A DNA stretch of 64,000 nucleotides from IMG/VR virus record IMGVR_UViG_3300032295_000548, positions 64,001-128,000 of that record. The stretch is one strand, 5' to 3'. The stretch's first letter is position 1. Each line of letters opens with the position of its first letter. The notes beneath the pieces were generated by a model that was not told the origin of the DNA, made no database searches, and saw only the letters and a program-made list of their open reading frames with translations. Shown one piece after another: positions 46,634 to 55,942 of the stretch. The position numbers were made by a program, and so were the translations under genes. Origin of the DNA: a virus. Its lineage: Duplodnaviria; Caudoviricetes.

Positions 46634-47635
46634 ATGGCATCATTAGCAGAAATTCGTGCTCGTATCGCGGCACAAGAAAACAAGCAACAAAAAGGCGCAT
46701 CAGGCGCTCAATCTGATAACTCAATCTACCCCCACTGGAATATGGACGAAGGCACAACAGCCACGATCCGCTTCTTGCCAGACGCAAATTCTAGTAACAC
46801 CTTCTTCTGGGTAGAGCGTCAAATCATCAAGCTTCCATTCAATGGCGTTAAGGGCGATCCTAACGTTAAGCAAACTGTTGTACAAGTTCCATGTATGGAA
46901 ATGTATGGCGATGCTTGTCCTGTTCTTGCAGAAGTTCGTCCTTGGTACAAAGACGAATCATTGAAAGAAATGGCTAACAAGTATTGGAAGAAGCGTAGTT
47001 ATCTATTTCAAGGTTTTGTTCGTCAAAACCCTATCGGTGACGACAAGACTCCTGCGAACCCAATTCGCAGATTCATCATCAGCCCACAAATCTTTACTAT
47101 CATCAAGTCCAGTCTAATGGATCCTGAAATGGAAGAATTGCCAACAGACTATCTACGTGGTCTTGACTTCAACGTTAAGAAAACAAGCAAAGGTGGTTAT
47201 GCAGATTACTCTACAAGTAACTGGGCACGTAAAGAATCTCCTCTAACAGAAACAGAACAAGCCGCTATTGAAGCACATGGCTTGCACAACTTGGCTGACT
47301 TCTTGCCTAAGAAGCCTAGCGAAGCTGAACTGCGTGTTATCAAAGAAATGTTTGAGGCATCAGTTGACGGTCAACCATTCGACAACGAACGTTGGGGTCA
47401 ATACTATCGTCCATATGGAATTGAAGCCCCTGCAGGAGCTACGGCAGGAACAACCGCGTCTGCTGGAACCAGCGCACCCGTAGCAACTCCCGTAGCAGAA
47501 ACTTCTACAGCTCCTTGGGAAGATGACACTGCATCAGCCTCACAACCTGTACAGGTTCCAAAGACTGCGCCAGCATCAAGCGATAAAGCACAAGACATCC
47601 TAGCGATGATTCGTGCGAGACAAAACAAGTCTTAA
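46634..47635 (+). CDS. Single-stranded DNA-binding protein (T4 gp32-like)
   Basis: IRFLP, C..CP, YWKK, GYADYSTS, Ala/Pro-rich tail; AAGGA SD before the ATG at 46634. Confidence 0.9.
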   Translation: MASLAEIRARIAAQENKQQKGASGAQSDNSIYPHWNMDEGTTATIRFLPDANSSNTFFWVERQIIKLPFNGVKGDPNVKQTVVQVPCMEMYGDACPVLAEVRPWYKDESLKEMANKYWKKRSYLFQGFVRQNPIGDDKTPANPIRRFIISPQIFTIIKSSLMDPEMEELPTDYLRGLDFNVKKTSKGGYADYSTSNWARKESPLTETEQAAIEAHGLHNLADFLPKKPSEAELRVIKEMFEASVDGQPFDNERWGQYYRPYGIEAPAGATAGTTASAGTSAPVATPVAETSTAPWEDDTASASQPVQVPKTAPASSDKAQDILAMIRARQNKS

Positions 47636-47644
47636 TCGGAACGA

Positions 47645-47664
47645 GGGAGCTTCGGCTCCCTTCC
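47645..47664 (+). terminator. UUCG hairpin / weak terminator
   Basis: GGGAGC-TTCG-GCTCCC. Confidence 0.65.
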
Positions 47665-47677
47665 TTAGGAGAAAACC

Positions 47678-47911
47678 ATGACATTACCCGACGAACGCTA
47701 CCGTGCCCTTAAGCAAGGTAAAAAACTGTTAGAAGAACTATGCGATCCTGGGCGCACTCCTAGGGTACCATCATTAGTGCGAGACCGCGCCCGCGGGGTC
47801 TTGCGTCACTATCCTAGCGATTATGAATTAGAGAGAATTGCAGACAATTGTCCAGAGTTCCTTGACAAATTTTCATTCGCTGATAGAATGTATACAAACG
47901 TACAAAAATAA
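47678..47911 (+). CDS. Hypothetical protein
   Basis: AGGAG SD; MTLPDERYRA..TPRVP..LRHYP. Confidence 0.7.
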   Translation: MTLPDERYRALKQGKKLLEELCDPGRTPRVPSLVRDRARGVLRHYPSDYELERIADNCPEFLDKFSFADRMYTNVQK

Positions 47912-47924
47912 TTAGGAGAATAAA

Positions 47925-48116
47925 ATGACAAAAAAATTAACTAAATTAGCAAAAGTAAATGATTCAATTACACTTAACCGTTATGACAATGGTTGGATGG
48001 TTGAAGTAGGTGGTCGTGATGAAGAAAGTGATTGGAAGAATGCAAAGATTCTTTGTAACACTGAAGAAGAATTGATTGCACTAATCAAAGAATACAACAC
48101 AATGGATGTGGAGTAA
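47925..48116 (+). CDS. Hypothetical protein
   Basis: AGGAG SD; upstream TTGACA/TAGAAT at 47862-47889. Confidence 0.7.
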   Translation: MTKKLTKLAKVNDSITLNRYDNGWMVEVGGRDEESDWKNAKILCNTEEELIALIKEYNTMDVE

Positions 48117-48118
48117 GC

Positions 48119-49189
48119 ATGGGAAAACCATTCGATATTAGTAAATTTCGTAAAGACATTACAAAGTCTATTGAAGGATTATCAATTGGATTCAATGATC
48201 CAACTGACTGGATCTCAACTGGTAACTTTGCACTCAATTATCTTATTAGTGGTGACTTTAATAAAGGCGTACCTCTTGGTAAAGTTACTGTCTTTGCCGG
48301 AGAGTCAGGATCAGGAAAATCATTCATCTGCTCAGGAAACCTAGTTCGTCACGCACAACAACAAGGCATTTTCGTTGTACTGATTGACAGCGAAAACGCA
48401 CTTGACGAAGCATGGTTACATGCTTTAGGTGTTTCAACTGACGAAGATAAATTGTTAAAGCTTAACATGGCTATGATTGATGACGTTGCTAAAACAATTA
48501 GCGAATTCATGAAATCATACAAAGCAATGCCAACAGATGACAAACCAAAAGTCTTGTTTGTTCTTGACTCGCTTGGTATGTTGTTGACACCAACTGACGT
48601 TAATCAATTTGAAGCAGGTGATATGAAGGGTGACATGGGTCGTAAGCCTAAAGCACTTACATCACTTGTTCGCAATTGTGTTAACATGTTCGGTAGTCAC
48701 AACGTTGGATTAGTTGCTACTAATCACACTTATGCTTCACAAGATATGTTTGACCCGGATGATAAAATCTCAGGTGGTCAAGGTTTCGTTTACGCAAGTT
48801 CAATTGTCGTTGCGATGAAGAAACTGAAACTTAAAGAAGATGAAGATGGTAACAAAGTATCTGATGTGCGCGGCATTCGCAGTGCATGTAAGATTATGAA
48901 AACTCGTTACGCTAAGCCTTTCGAAAGTGTTCAGATTAAGATTCCATATGAAACAGGTATGAATCCATACTCAGGCATGCTTGACATGATTGAGAAGGAC
49001 GAGCTTGTTAAGAAAGAAGGCAATAGTCTTGTTTATACTACACTTGACGGAGAAATCATTAAGAAGTTCCGTAAAGCATGGGAAGCAAACACTGATGGTT
49101 GCTTGGACAAAGTTATGTCCGAATATGGCAAAAAAATCAAACCAACGATAAGTAATTCTGTAGAACCTGAAGGAGAAACTACAGAATGA
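48119..49189 (+). CDS. uvsX: RecA-like recombinase (UvsX)
   Basis: AGESGSGKS, DSENA, LDSLG, TNHTY, SGG.G..YASS. Confidence 0.95.
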   Translation: MGKPFDISKFRKDITKSIEGLSIGFNDPTDWISTGNFALNYLISGDFNKGVPLGKVTVFAGESGSGKSFICSGNLVRHAQQQGIFVVLIDSENALDEAWLHALGVSTDEDKLLKLNMAMIDDVAKTISEFMKSYKAMPTDDKPKVLFVLDSLGMLLTPTDVNQFEAGDMKGDMGRKPKALTSLVRNCVNMFGSHNVGLVATNHTYASQDMFDPDDKISGGQGFVYASSIVVAMKKLKLKEDEDGNKVSDVRGIRSACKIMKTRYAKPFESVQIKIPYETGMNPYSGMLDMIEKDELVKKEGNSLVYTTLDGEIIKKFRKAWEANTDGCLDKVMSEYGKKIKPTISNSVEPEGETTE

Positions 49190-49434
49190 GTTTGGATATC
49201 GTAACAGAAGTATGGGAAGCCCTAAGAAGTCATGTAGACTTTAATGAACGAAAAGATGCCGCCGACACCCTTGTCAATCTTTTGATTGACGCTGGATATG
49301 ACGCGGACGATATTAAAGAATCGTTTAGAGGTGATAAAGATATTGGCAGTGCTTTGAAGTATTACAGAGAACAGCACGAAGTCGAAGAAGAATACGAAGA
49401 TTACGATGAACCCGAAGATGATGAATGGGATTAA
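49186..49434 (+). CDS. Acidic hypothetical protein
   Basis: Between uvsX and uvsY; acidic tail. Confidence 0.7.
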   Translation: MSLDIVTEVWEALRSHVDFNERKDAADTLVNLLIDAGYDADDIKESFRGDKDIGSALKYYREQHEVEEEYEDYDEPEDDEWD

Positions 49435-49893
49435 ATGAATTGGTACACAAAAGTATCGCAGGACTTATCTGCGATACCGGATTTCATTACGCACTATGAG
49501 TCAGAATTGGCTAGCGCCAAACAAGAGGTAAAAATCTATGGCAATGTTGAAAAGAACATTGCCAATTTACCCGGTGTTACTGAACATAGATTCAATCAAC
49601 TACAAGAGATAGAAGCGGTACTAAACTATCTCAACATTAGGCTAAGGCAAATTCGCCGAAAACATTTTCAAAAATACTTAGAAGCGTATAATAGAGCACT
49701 GACAAGCCGTGATGCTGAAAAGTATGTAGACGGTGAATCAGAAGTTATTGACTTTGAGGTCCTAATCAACGAAGTCGCATTATTGCGTAATCGTTGGTTG
49801 GGTATATTAAAAGGTCTTGAAGCCAAACAATGGCAGATGGGCCACATTGTTCGTCTCCGTACTGCTGGTATGGAAGACATTACTGTAGGATAA
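49435..49893 (+). CDS. uvsY: Recombination mediator UvsY-like
   Basis: Helical protein with AEKYVDG and LRTAG C-terminus; position after uvsX. Confidence 0.75.
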   Translation: MNWYTKVSQDLSAIPDFITHYESELASAKQEVKIYGNVEKNIANLPGVTEHRFNQLQEIEAVLNYLNIRLRQIRRKHFQKYLEAYNRALTSRDAEKYVDGESEVIDFEVLINEVALLRNRWLGILKGLEAKQWQMGHIVRLRTAGMEDITVG

Positions 49894-49896
49894 TTT

Positions 49897-50679
49897 ATGA
49901 CATATACAATACCGTCTAGCATTAGTATCACCGGCGCACAAGGGCAAGTATTCACATTAGGTAATTTATCTAATAGCATAACTGGCATCTTTGCAGACCA
50001 AAATTCATCATCTAGCAACGTGAAGAAGTATGAAATAATTGAAACTACTGAGGATTTGTTGGCACTAAGTTGTGCATGGTATCGCATTAGACAAGACAAA
50101 CATACCCTTCAACCACACGTTACTAGTTTACTATCCGATGCATTGTTTAGGCACGTGACACCGGAAGATCGTACTAAGGCAGAGGAAGTGCGTGACTACT
50201 ACAATAAGAAGTTTATGGTCATGACATTGAAAGACCAACGACTAACACAGTTCCGTCAAGATTTGAAAGACTACTTGCTAGGTGATTCAAAGAAGTTCAC
50301 TGAGAAGACTGTACCAATGGTCTATAGGCTACCTGAATTTCATGCACATGATGTTGAGTTTGATGTTATCCAGCGTGAGTTTGAAAAAGACATCCCTGAG
50401 TTTGATAGATTCACACGTAAGACAATTGACAAGTCTGTACGACTTACGCCAGTCAAAGGGTTCAAAAAGAATAGTAAGACCCGAGGTAAGTTTACTGAGT
50501 ACTGGTTGAAAGATTCTAAGAATCGTGCTTATCGTTTTGGTCTTACTGCTACTAATCCATTGATTGGTTTATGGGACACACAATTTAAAAACGGTGATAT
50601 GGTTCTTAACATCAAAATGCAAGCATCACGCCGTGATGAATTGCAGTACTTCAACATTGGGTCTATCCTAGAAGGTTGA
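49897..50679 (+). CDS. Hypothetical protein
   Basis: Long ORF; its stop lies inside the next -35 box. Confidence 0.7.
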   Translation: MTYTIPSSISITGAQGQVFTLGNLSNSITGIFADQNSSSSNVKKYEIIETTEDLLALSCAWYRIRQDKHTLQPHVTSLLSDALFRHVTPEDRTKAEEVRDYYNKKFMVMTLKDQRLTQFRQDLKDYLLGDSKKFTEKTVPMVYRLPEFHAHDVEFDVIQREFEKDIPEFDRFTRKTIDKSVRLTPVKGFKKNSKTRGKFTEYWLKDSKNRAYRFGLTATNPLIGLWDTQFKNGDMVLNIKMQASRRDELQYFNIGSILEG

Positions 50680-50923
50680 CAATAAATGGGTTTGGGCATA
50701 TAATACATGTATGAACTTCAAAATGAGTACTTACGAACGCATTGCCGAAAAACTACTGAAGGGCCAACCCAAAGCAAAGCCCTTCGGTAAGCTTATTGAC
50801 GGCAAGTTTCTCACTGGCACTAAGAGCCTCCATCGAACAAAGCAATCCGTTCGGTGGCGCCAATTTTGGCGCCTCAAACAAAGAGGTTGACAATAAATGG
50901 GTTTGGGCATATAATACATGTAT
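50673..50923 (+). repeat. 40-bp exact direct repeat containing a full promoter (50673-50712 and 50884-50923)
   Basis: AGGTTGACAATAAATGGGTTTGGGCATATAATACATGTAT, twice. Confidence 0.95.
50711..50890 (+). CDS. 59-aa basic protein (not in ORF track)
   Basis: MNFKMSTYERIAEKLLKG...WRLKQRG; exactly fills the space between the two repeats. Confidence 0.6.
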   Translation: MNFKMSTYERIAEKLLKGQPKAKPFGKLIDGKFLTGTKSLHRTKQSVRWRQFWRLKQRG

Positions 50924-50945
50924 AGATTGATTAAAGGAGTCTTAC

Positions 50946-51188
50946 ATGGTTATGAAGCGTTTCAAGCAAACTCAAAAGTTTCGTGTTATCGTTGGTCAAG
51001 CATGTTTCTATGCTACAGTAAAACAGATTCGCAACGGTGTAGGTGACTTTGCCAAGTGCAATGCAGCCACTCAAAAGGCTCTAGATGCACTGGAGTTCAC
51101 CCGTTCCGGTGAAGGTCTTGCTGACCAGTGTGCTACTGGTCTTGCAGGTACTTGGGAAGGTCTGCAAGTCCAACTGACACTGGCTTGA
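50946..51188 (+). CDS. Hypothetical early protein
   Basis: AAGGAG SD; own promoter. Confidence 0.7.
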   Translation: MVMKRFKQTQKFRVIVGQACFYATVKQIRNGVGDFAKCNAATQKALDALEFTRSGEGLADQCATGLAGTWEGLQVQLTLA

Positions 51189-51213
51189 CAATAAATCAAT
51201 TTGGGTCTATAAT
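51185..51213 (+). promoter_or_regulatory. Early promoter
   Basis: TTGACAATAAAT...TATAAT. Confidence 0.85.
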
Positions 51214-51243
51214 AGAGGCTTAAACAGTCAAAAGGAGTTGCAA

Positions 51244-51456
51244 ATGGGCTATCGTGTTGTTGCAGATAAGTTTGAAATGGATCAAATGCGTCAAAAATAC
51301 GGTCCTCGTAAGGGTCTAGAAGGCCCGTTCAACTTCTCCGGTCGAGTGTTGTATTATGACAACAAAGAAGGTCAGTACTACGATCCGACTACTGATTTCT
51401 ACGTGGAACAATCCGAAATGGATATGATCCACAATCAATTGGTTGCTAAACTTTAA
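51244..51456 (+). CDS. Hypothetical early protein
   Basis: AAGGAG SD; GLEGPF..GRVLYYD.KEGQYYD. Confidence 0.7.
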   Translation: MGYRVVADKFEMDQMRQKYGPRKGLEGPFNFSGRVLYYDNKEGQYYDPTTDFYVEQSEMDMIHNQLVAKL

Positions 51457-51469
51457 AGGTTGACAAAAA

Positions 51470-51646
51470 ATGTCTATTATGGCTGAACTTTTCATTGATG
51501 TACAATTGGACCTTGAGTCGGGTCTGGATCCGCGTGATATTGCCCGTCGTTTGGATATCCCTATTCGTTGGGTCTACGAAGTTGCGGAAACTCTTGAGGA
51601 TGAGTCTACTGATTCCTATGATCCGTTTAATACTGTCAATTCCTAA
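51470..51646 (+). CDS. 58-aa protein with HTH-like segment (not in ORF track)
   Basis: GLDPRDIARRLDIPIRWV; fills the space between two GGTTGACA motifs. Confidence 0.6.
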   Translation: MSIMAELFIDVQLDLESGLDPRDIARRLDIPIRWVYEVAETLEDESTDSYDPFNTVNS

Positions 51647-51648
51647 GG

Positions 51649-51677
51649 TTGACAATAAATGGTTTTGGGTGTATAAT
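51649..51677 (+). promoter_or_regulatory. Early promoter
   Basis: TTGACAATAAAT...TATAAT. Confidence 0.85.
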
Positions 51678-51683
51678 ACATTT

Positions 51684-51908
51684 ATGAAATCAAAAATCTT
51701 TATTGTTCAACGTGACAACGACAAGTATTTCAAGCAGAAATTGCCTACATGGCGCAATGGTTTCTGTGAAATAGTCCGTAATGTCACTATTGAAAAGGAC
51801 CCGCATGACATTTACCAATATGGTGAATGGGGTTACATCACGGTCTATGGCCGTAAAATTTATGTCACTAGGGCCGGCACTGAATTTGCGTTTGAAATTC
51901 GTGGCTAA
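51684..51908 (+). CDS. Hypothetical early protein
   Basis: Start reassigned to the ATG 6 nt after the -10 box. Confidence 0.6.
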   Translation: MKSKIFIVQRDNDKYFKQKLPTWRNGFCEIVRNVTIEKDPHDIYQYGEWGYITVYGRKIYVTRAGTEFAFEIRG

Positions 51909-51912
51909 AAGG

Positions 51913-51941
51913 TTGACAATAAATCACTTTGGGTATATAAT
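51913..51941 (+). promoter_or_regulatory. Early promoter
   Basis: TTGACAATAAAT...TATAAT. Confidence 0.85.
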
Positions 51942-51975
51942 AGAGTCTTAATCAGTTAAACAACAGGAGTTAAAA

Positions 51976-52233
51976 ATGTCAGCATTAAAAACATATCTGG
52001 TTCGCAAGAACGCTTACGCTACAATCTTTGGTGCCAAAGAACTTACCTTAGACAATGCAACTGACCGTCAAAAGATTGCCGATTCAATCGATTCAGATTT
52101 GAGTCCCGAGAATTTGACATGCGATGGTGAACTGCCCCGTAGCATTGTTCAAGCCCGTTACAATGAATTGACTAAGGCCGCACGTGAATTGCAGAAGTTG
52201 GACCCATCTGTTAAGTTTTACGAATTTGCCTAA
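51976..52233 (+). CDS. Hypothetical early protein
   Basis: AGGAG SD; LSPENLTCDGE. Confidence 0.7.
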   Translation: MSALKTYLVRKNAYATIFGAKELTLDNATDRQKIADSIDSDLSPENLTCDGELPRSIVQARYNELTKAARELQKLDPSVKFYEFA

Positions 52234-52236
52234 AGG

Positions 52237-52265
52237 TTGACAATAAATGGGCATTCGTGTATAAT
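52237..52265 (+). promoter_or_regulatory. Early promoter
   Basis: TTGACAATAAAT...TATAAT. Confidence 0.85.
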
Positions 52266-52299
52266 ACTTGTATTGACAGTTAACTAACGGAGCAAATCA

Positions 52300-53316
52300 A
52301 TGTCTACAGTTCGCATTATTTCTGGTACGTATCGCAATCAACCTGTTAAAGGTGAAGTGTTCACACTGGTACGTGGTTTTCAAACAGGTAAAAAGGGAGG
52401 TTACGTTACAGTGAAGAATGATGGTCAATTTAACATTGACATTGATGTTGTCAAAGTCAAGGTCGATACAATGTCTGATGTTCAGTTTTTGAATGGTTCT
52501 GAGCCAGTAGTCGAAGTGCCCACTGCTGTTGCTCAAGTTACTGAAACTGATGAACAAGCAATGGACCGTATTGCTACTCGTTTCGGTGTGCTTGATGAAA
52601 TGTCTAAGGCATGTATCAAAGGTGACATTCGTGCTATGATTGTTACAGGTCCTGCGGGTATCGGTAAGTCACATGGTGTGTCTTTGCAAATGGAAAAGGC
52701 ATCATTGTTCGATCAAGTTGCAGGCAAGAAGGCCCGCTTTGAAGTTGTCAAAGGTGCTATGTCAGGCATCGGTTTGTTTGCTAAGTTGTACAAATTCTCT
52801 GATGCTAAAAACGTTCTCGTTTTTGATGATTGTGATATCTGGGAAGATCAAGACGCTGTTAACGTACTGAAAGGTGCGCTTGACTCAGGCAAAACTCGCC
52901 GTATCTCTTGGAACAAAGATTCTCGTATCTTGCGTGAAGAAGGTATCCCTAACTCGTTTAACTTTAACGGTTCTATCATCTTCATTACTAACAAGACTTT
53001 CGATAACAAGAAGGCTTCTAAGATGCAACCTCACTTGGATGCACTCCAGTCTCGTTGTCACTTTTTGGACCTGACAGTTGATACTGAGCGTGACAAAATG
53101 TTGCGTATCAAGCAAGTTCACCGCGATGCCGATGGTGGTTTGTTTGCTGACTATGATTTCACTCAGGAACAAACTGATGAAATTATGTCTTTCATTGATG
53201 CTAACTGCAACAAATTGCGTGAAGTGTCTTTGCGTATGTGTTTGAAGGTTGCTGATTTGGTTAAGATTTCTGCTAACTGGCGTGAACTTGCTAAGGCAAC
53301 TTGCATGAAAGGTTAA
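52300..53316 (+). CDS. AAA+ ATPase with small N-terminal beta domain
   Basis: GPAGIGKS, LVFDDCD, IFITN, ALQSR. Confidence 0.88.
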   Translation: MSTVRIISGTYRNQPVKGEVFTLVRGFQTGKKGGYVTVKNDGQFNIDIDVVKVKVDTMSDVQFLNGSEPVVEVPTAVAQVTETDEQAMDRIATRFGVLDEMSKACIKGDIRAMIVTGPAGIGKSHGVSLQMEKASLFDQVAGKKARFEVVKGAMSGIGLFAKLYKFSDAKNVLVFDDCDIWEDQDAVNVLKGALDSGKTRRISWNKDSRILREEGIPNSFNFNGSIIFITNKTFDNKKASKMQPHLDALQSRCHFLDLTVDTERDKMLRIKQVHRDADGGLFADYDFTQEQTDEIMSFIDANCNKLREVSLRMCLKVADLVKISANWRELAKATCMKG

Positions 53317-53370
53317 CCCCTGCAGTGTGCGTAGAGGCAATGTCAATAAGTCCTCTTCGATAATTTATAT

Positions 53371-53397
53371 AAAGGGAACTTAGGTTCCCTTTTTTTT
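53371..53397 (+). terminator. Intrinsic terminator
   Basis: AAAGGGAAC-TTAG-GTTCCCTTTTTTTT. Confidence 0.9.
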
Positions 53398-53441
53398 CCT
53401 TTATACTTGATTAAGTCTAACGTATTATCTATAATAGTAGG

Positions 53442-54446
53442 ATGATACCTGTACAAACTAAAGAACACCTGATATATTTCATGCAAAGTGGCATGATGCG
53501 GTTGAGTAAGTACGACCTCAGGTTCGTGCAAAATTTGCAACTACTCACCATGCAACACACAAATTTAACTACCAATCAAGTGTCACTGTTTGACAAATTG
53601 ATAGAAAAATACAAACGTCAATTACATAAGCATGGTTTGTCGGATGTTCATTTAGTAGGATTGACATGGGAATCTATCATTGTACCTAGTGATCCTAAAT
53701 TCACAGAAGCTTATGTAAGCATTGCGAATGATACCATTACATTCCGTAGTCCATTCAGTAAAAAATTTATAGAACATTTCCGCAAAAAAGAATTCAACAC
53801 ATTTGCATGGTATAAAGACAAAAAGGTTTACGAATCACCTTACAGTACAACCGCACTAAAGTATTTGATAGAAGTAGCAAACGAACATTATCCGATTGTC
53901 AATTATTGTCCAGTAGTGTCCGATTTGTTAAATACAGTAGATCAATACAATGCCAAGTATTGGAATCCCACTTTGATAAAGCACAATGACATGTACATAG
54001 TTGCGGCTATGAACACTAGTCTTGCTGATGCAATATCGCACATACCACTTTCAAATGATCCTGAGATTATTTCTAATTTGGCAAAACATGGTATTCAAAT
54101 TGATGATAGTGTAATTGGTGGAGATACAGTATTGACGTTTGCATCATCATACGCACCCGAAGTAGACATTGTAAACATTGATAGTGTGATAGAATGTTTA
54201 AAAGCAATCAACTGTGATTCTGTGACTGTAGTTGGAAGAGCGGCTCAGTATAGTAGAATTCTAACAGAAAAGATAAAAACTTCTGGTTTATACCTAGATG
54301 ATAATAAAGGTATAGTGATAGAAGAAAGGTTGAAGGACAAAAAGAATCCTGTAGTTATGTTTCTAACAACAAATGTATCAACGGCATCTAGCTGTTTCAA
54401 AAAAATTATAAAGGTAAAAAACTCAATGCCGGTGGTAGTAAAATGA
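53442..54446 (+). CDS. Hypothetical protein upstream of the helicase
   Basis: TTGATT-17-TATAAT at 53407-53435; ATGA overlap with uvsW. Confidence 0.7.
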   Translation: MIPVQTKEHLIYFMQSGMMRLSKYDLRFVQNLQLLTMQHTNLTTNQVSLFDKLIEKYKRQLHKHGLSDVHLVGLTWESIIVPSDPKFTEAYVSIANDTITFRSPFSKKFIEHFRKKEFNTFAWYKDKKVYESPYSTTALKYLIEVANEHYPIVNYCPVVSDLLNTVDQYNAKYWNPTLIKHNDMYIVAAMNTSLADAISHIPLSNDPEIISNLAKHGIQIDDSVIGGDTVLTFASSYAPEVDIVNIDSVIECLKAINCDSVTVVGRAAQYSRILTEKIKTSGLYLDDNKGIVIEERLKDKKNPVVMFLTTNVSTASSCFKKIIKVKNSMPVVVK

Positions 54447-55930
54447 AGTCATGTAAAATAACCGTGAAAGATGAAGTCAATGTAAAACTTGAGGGCCTAG
54501 AATTAGGTGATCGCAAGACATTGATGAAGATGTTTGAGTTTGAAGTACCGGGTGCAAGGTATTTGCCTAGTGTAAAACTTGGTAGATGGAATGGAAAGAC
54601 AAGTTATTTTGCATTGGGTGGTAGTACGTACATTAATCTACTACCAGAAATACTTCCTCTATTAGATCAGGCTGGTTACGACATTGACTTAGATGACCAA
54701 CGTGAATACACCACAACATTCAATTTTGACAAAGTGTCCGAGGAGACATTCAAACACAAACTATGGCCAGCAAAACACGTAATGGCAGGTAAGCCTGTTG
54801 TATTGCGTGACTATCAAATTGAAATCATTAATAAGTTTTTAGAGAACCCTCAATGTATTCAGGAAGTTGCAACTGGCGCCGGCAAGACATTGACAACTGC
54901 GGCATTAAGTTTGAGTGTAGAACAGTATGGTAGATCAATTGTTATTGTCCCTAACAAGGACCTTGTGCGGCAAACAGAAGCTGACTACATTAACTTGGGC
55001 TTAGATGTTGGTGTATATTTCGGTGACAGAAAAGAGATAGGTCGTACACATACTATCTGCACTTGGCAATCACTTAATAACATGATGAAAAAAACACAGT
55101 CAGGTGAAGCTGAGATTACAATCATTGACTTTATTGAAGATGTTGTTTGTGTCATGGTTGACGAAGTACACATGGCAAAGGCTGATGCATTGAAGTCTTT
55201 ATTGACAGGTCCAATGTCACGTATACCTATTCGATGGGGCTTGACTGGTACTGTACCAAAAGCTAAGTTTGAATTCATGTCATTGTTTGTTAGCTTAGGT
55301 CCTGTAATTGGTAAACTATCAGCAAGTGAATTACAAGAAAAAGGTGTACTTGCACAATGTCACGTTAACATTGTTCAGTTAAAAGATGATGTTGAGTTCA
55401 GTAATTATCAAAGTGAATTAAAGTATCTAACTGAAAACACAGAACGATTGGATGCGATTGCAGTCCTAATCAACAAATTAGCTCAGACAGGCAATACACT
55501 GATTCTTGTAGACAGAATTAGTGCAGGTAAAGAATTACAACGCAGACTAAGCGATATATTCAGTCTACTAAAAGATGCACCTGAGGTAGCCTTTGTGTCA
55601 GGTGAAACTAACCTAACAGAAAGAAAAGAAAATTATGATGAGGTTGCGACTGCTACTAACAAGATTATTGTGGCGACTTATGGTGTGGCCGCTGTGGGTA
55701 TTAATATTCCTCGTATTTTTAATCTGGTTCTTTTGGAGCCCGGAAAAAGCTTTGTCCGAGTTATACAATCAATTGGGCGAGGTATTAGAAAAGCTGAGGA
55801 CAAGGACTTCGTCCAAATCTGGGACATAACAAGCAATTGTAAATTTGCTAAACGGCATTTGACTCAACGTAAGACCTTTTATAAAGAAGCAAACTATCCA
55901 TTTGACTTGGAAAAACTAACATATAAGTGA
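54443..55930 (+). CDS. uvsW: SF2 DNA helicase (UvsW-like)
   Basis: LRDYQ, ATGAGKT, DEVH, GLTGT, QSIGRGIR. Confidence 0.93.
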   Translation: MKSCKITVKDEVNVKLEGLELGDRKTLMKMFEFEVPGARYLPSVKLGRWNGKTSYFALGGSTYINLLPEILPLLDQAGYDIDLDDQREYTTTFNFDKVSEETFKHKLWPAKHVMAGKPVVLRDYQIEIINKFLENPQCIQEVATGAGKTLTTAALSLSVEQYGRSIVIVPNKDLVRQTEADYINLGLDVGVYFGDRKEIGRTHTICTWQSLNNMMKKTQSGEAEITIIDFIEDVVCVMVDEVHMAKADALKSLLTGPMSRIPIRWGLTGTVPKAKFEFMSLFVSLGPVIGKLSASELQEKGVLAQCHVNIVQLKDDVEFSNYQSELKYLTENTERLDAIAVLINKLAQTGNTLILVDRISAGKELQRRLSDIFSLLKDAPEVAFVSGETNLTERKENYDEVATATNKIIVATYGVAAVGINIPRIFNLVLLEPGKSFVRVIQSIGRGIRKAEDKDFVQIWDITSNCKFAKRHLTQRKTFYKEANYPFDLEKLTYK

Positions 55931-55942
55931 TATAATATACAT

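Noticed and set aside
51495-51683. 5' part of the 137-aa track ORF
   Set aside because: It overlaps a better 58-aa ORF in another frame and spans a promoter. The true start is probably 51684.
50673-52265. Regularly spaced repeats as CRISPR or attC sites
   Set aside because: They are sigma70 promoter consensus sequences separated by 200-330 bp genes, non-palindromic, with no integrase seen.
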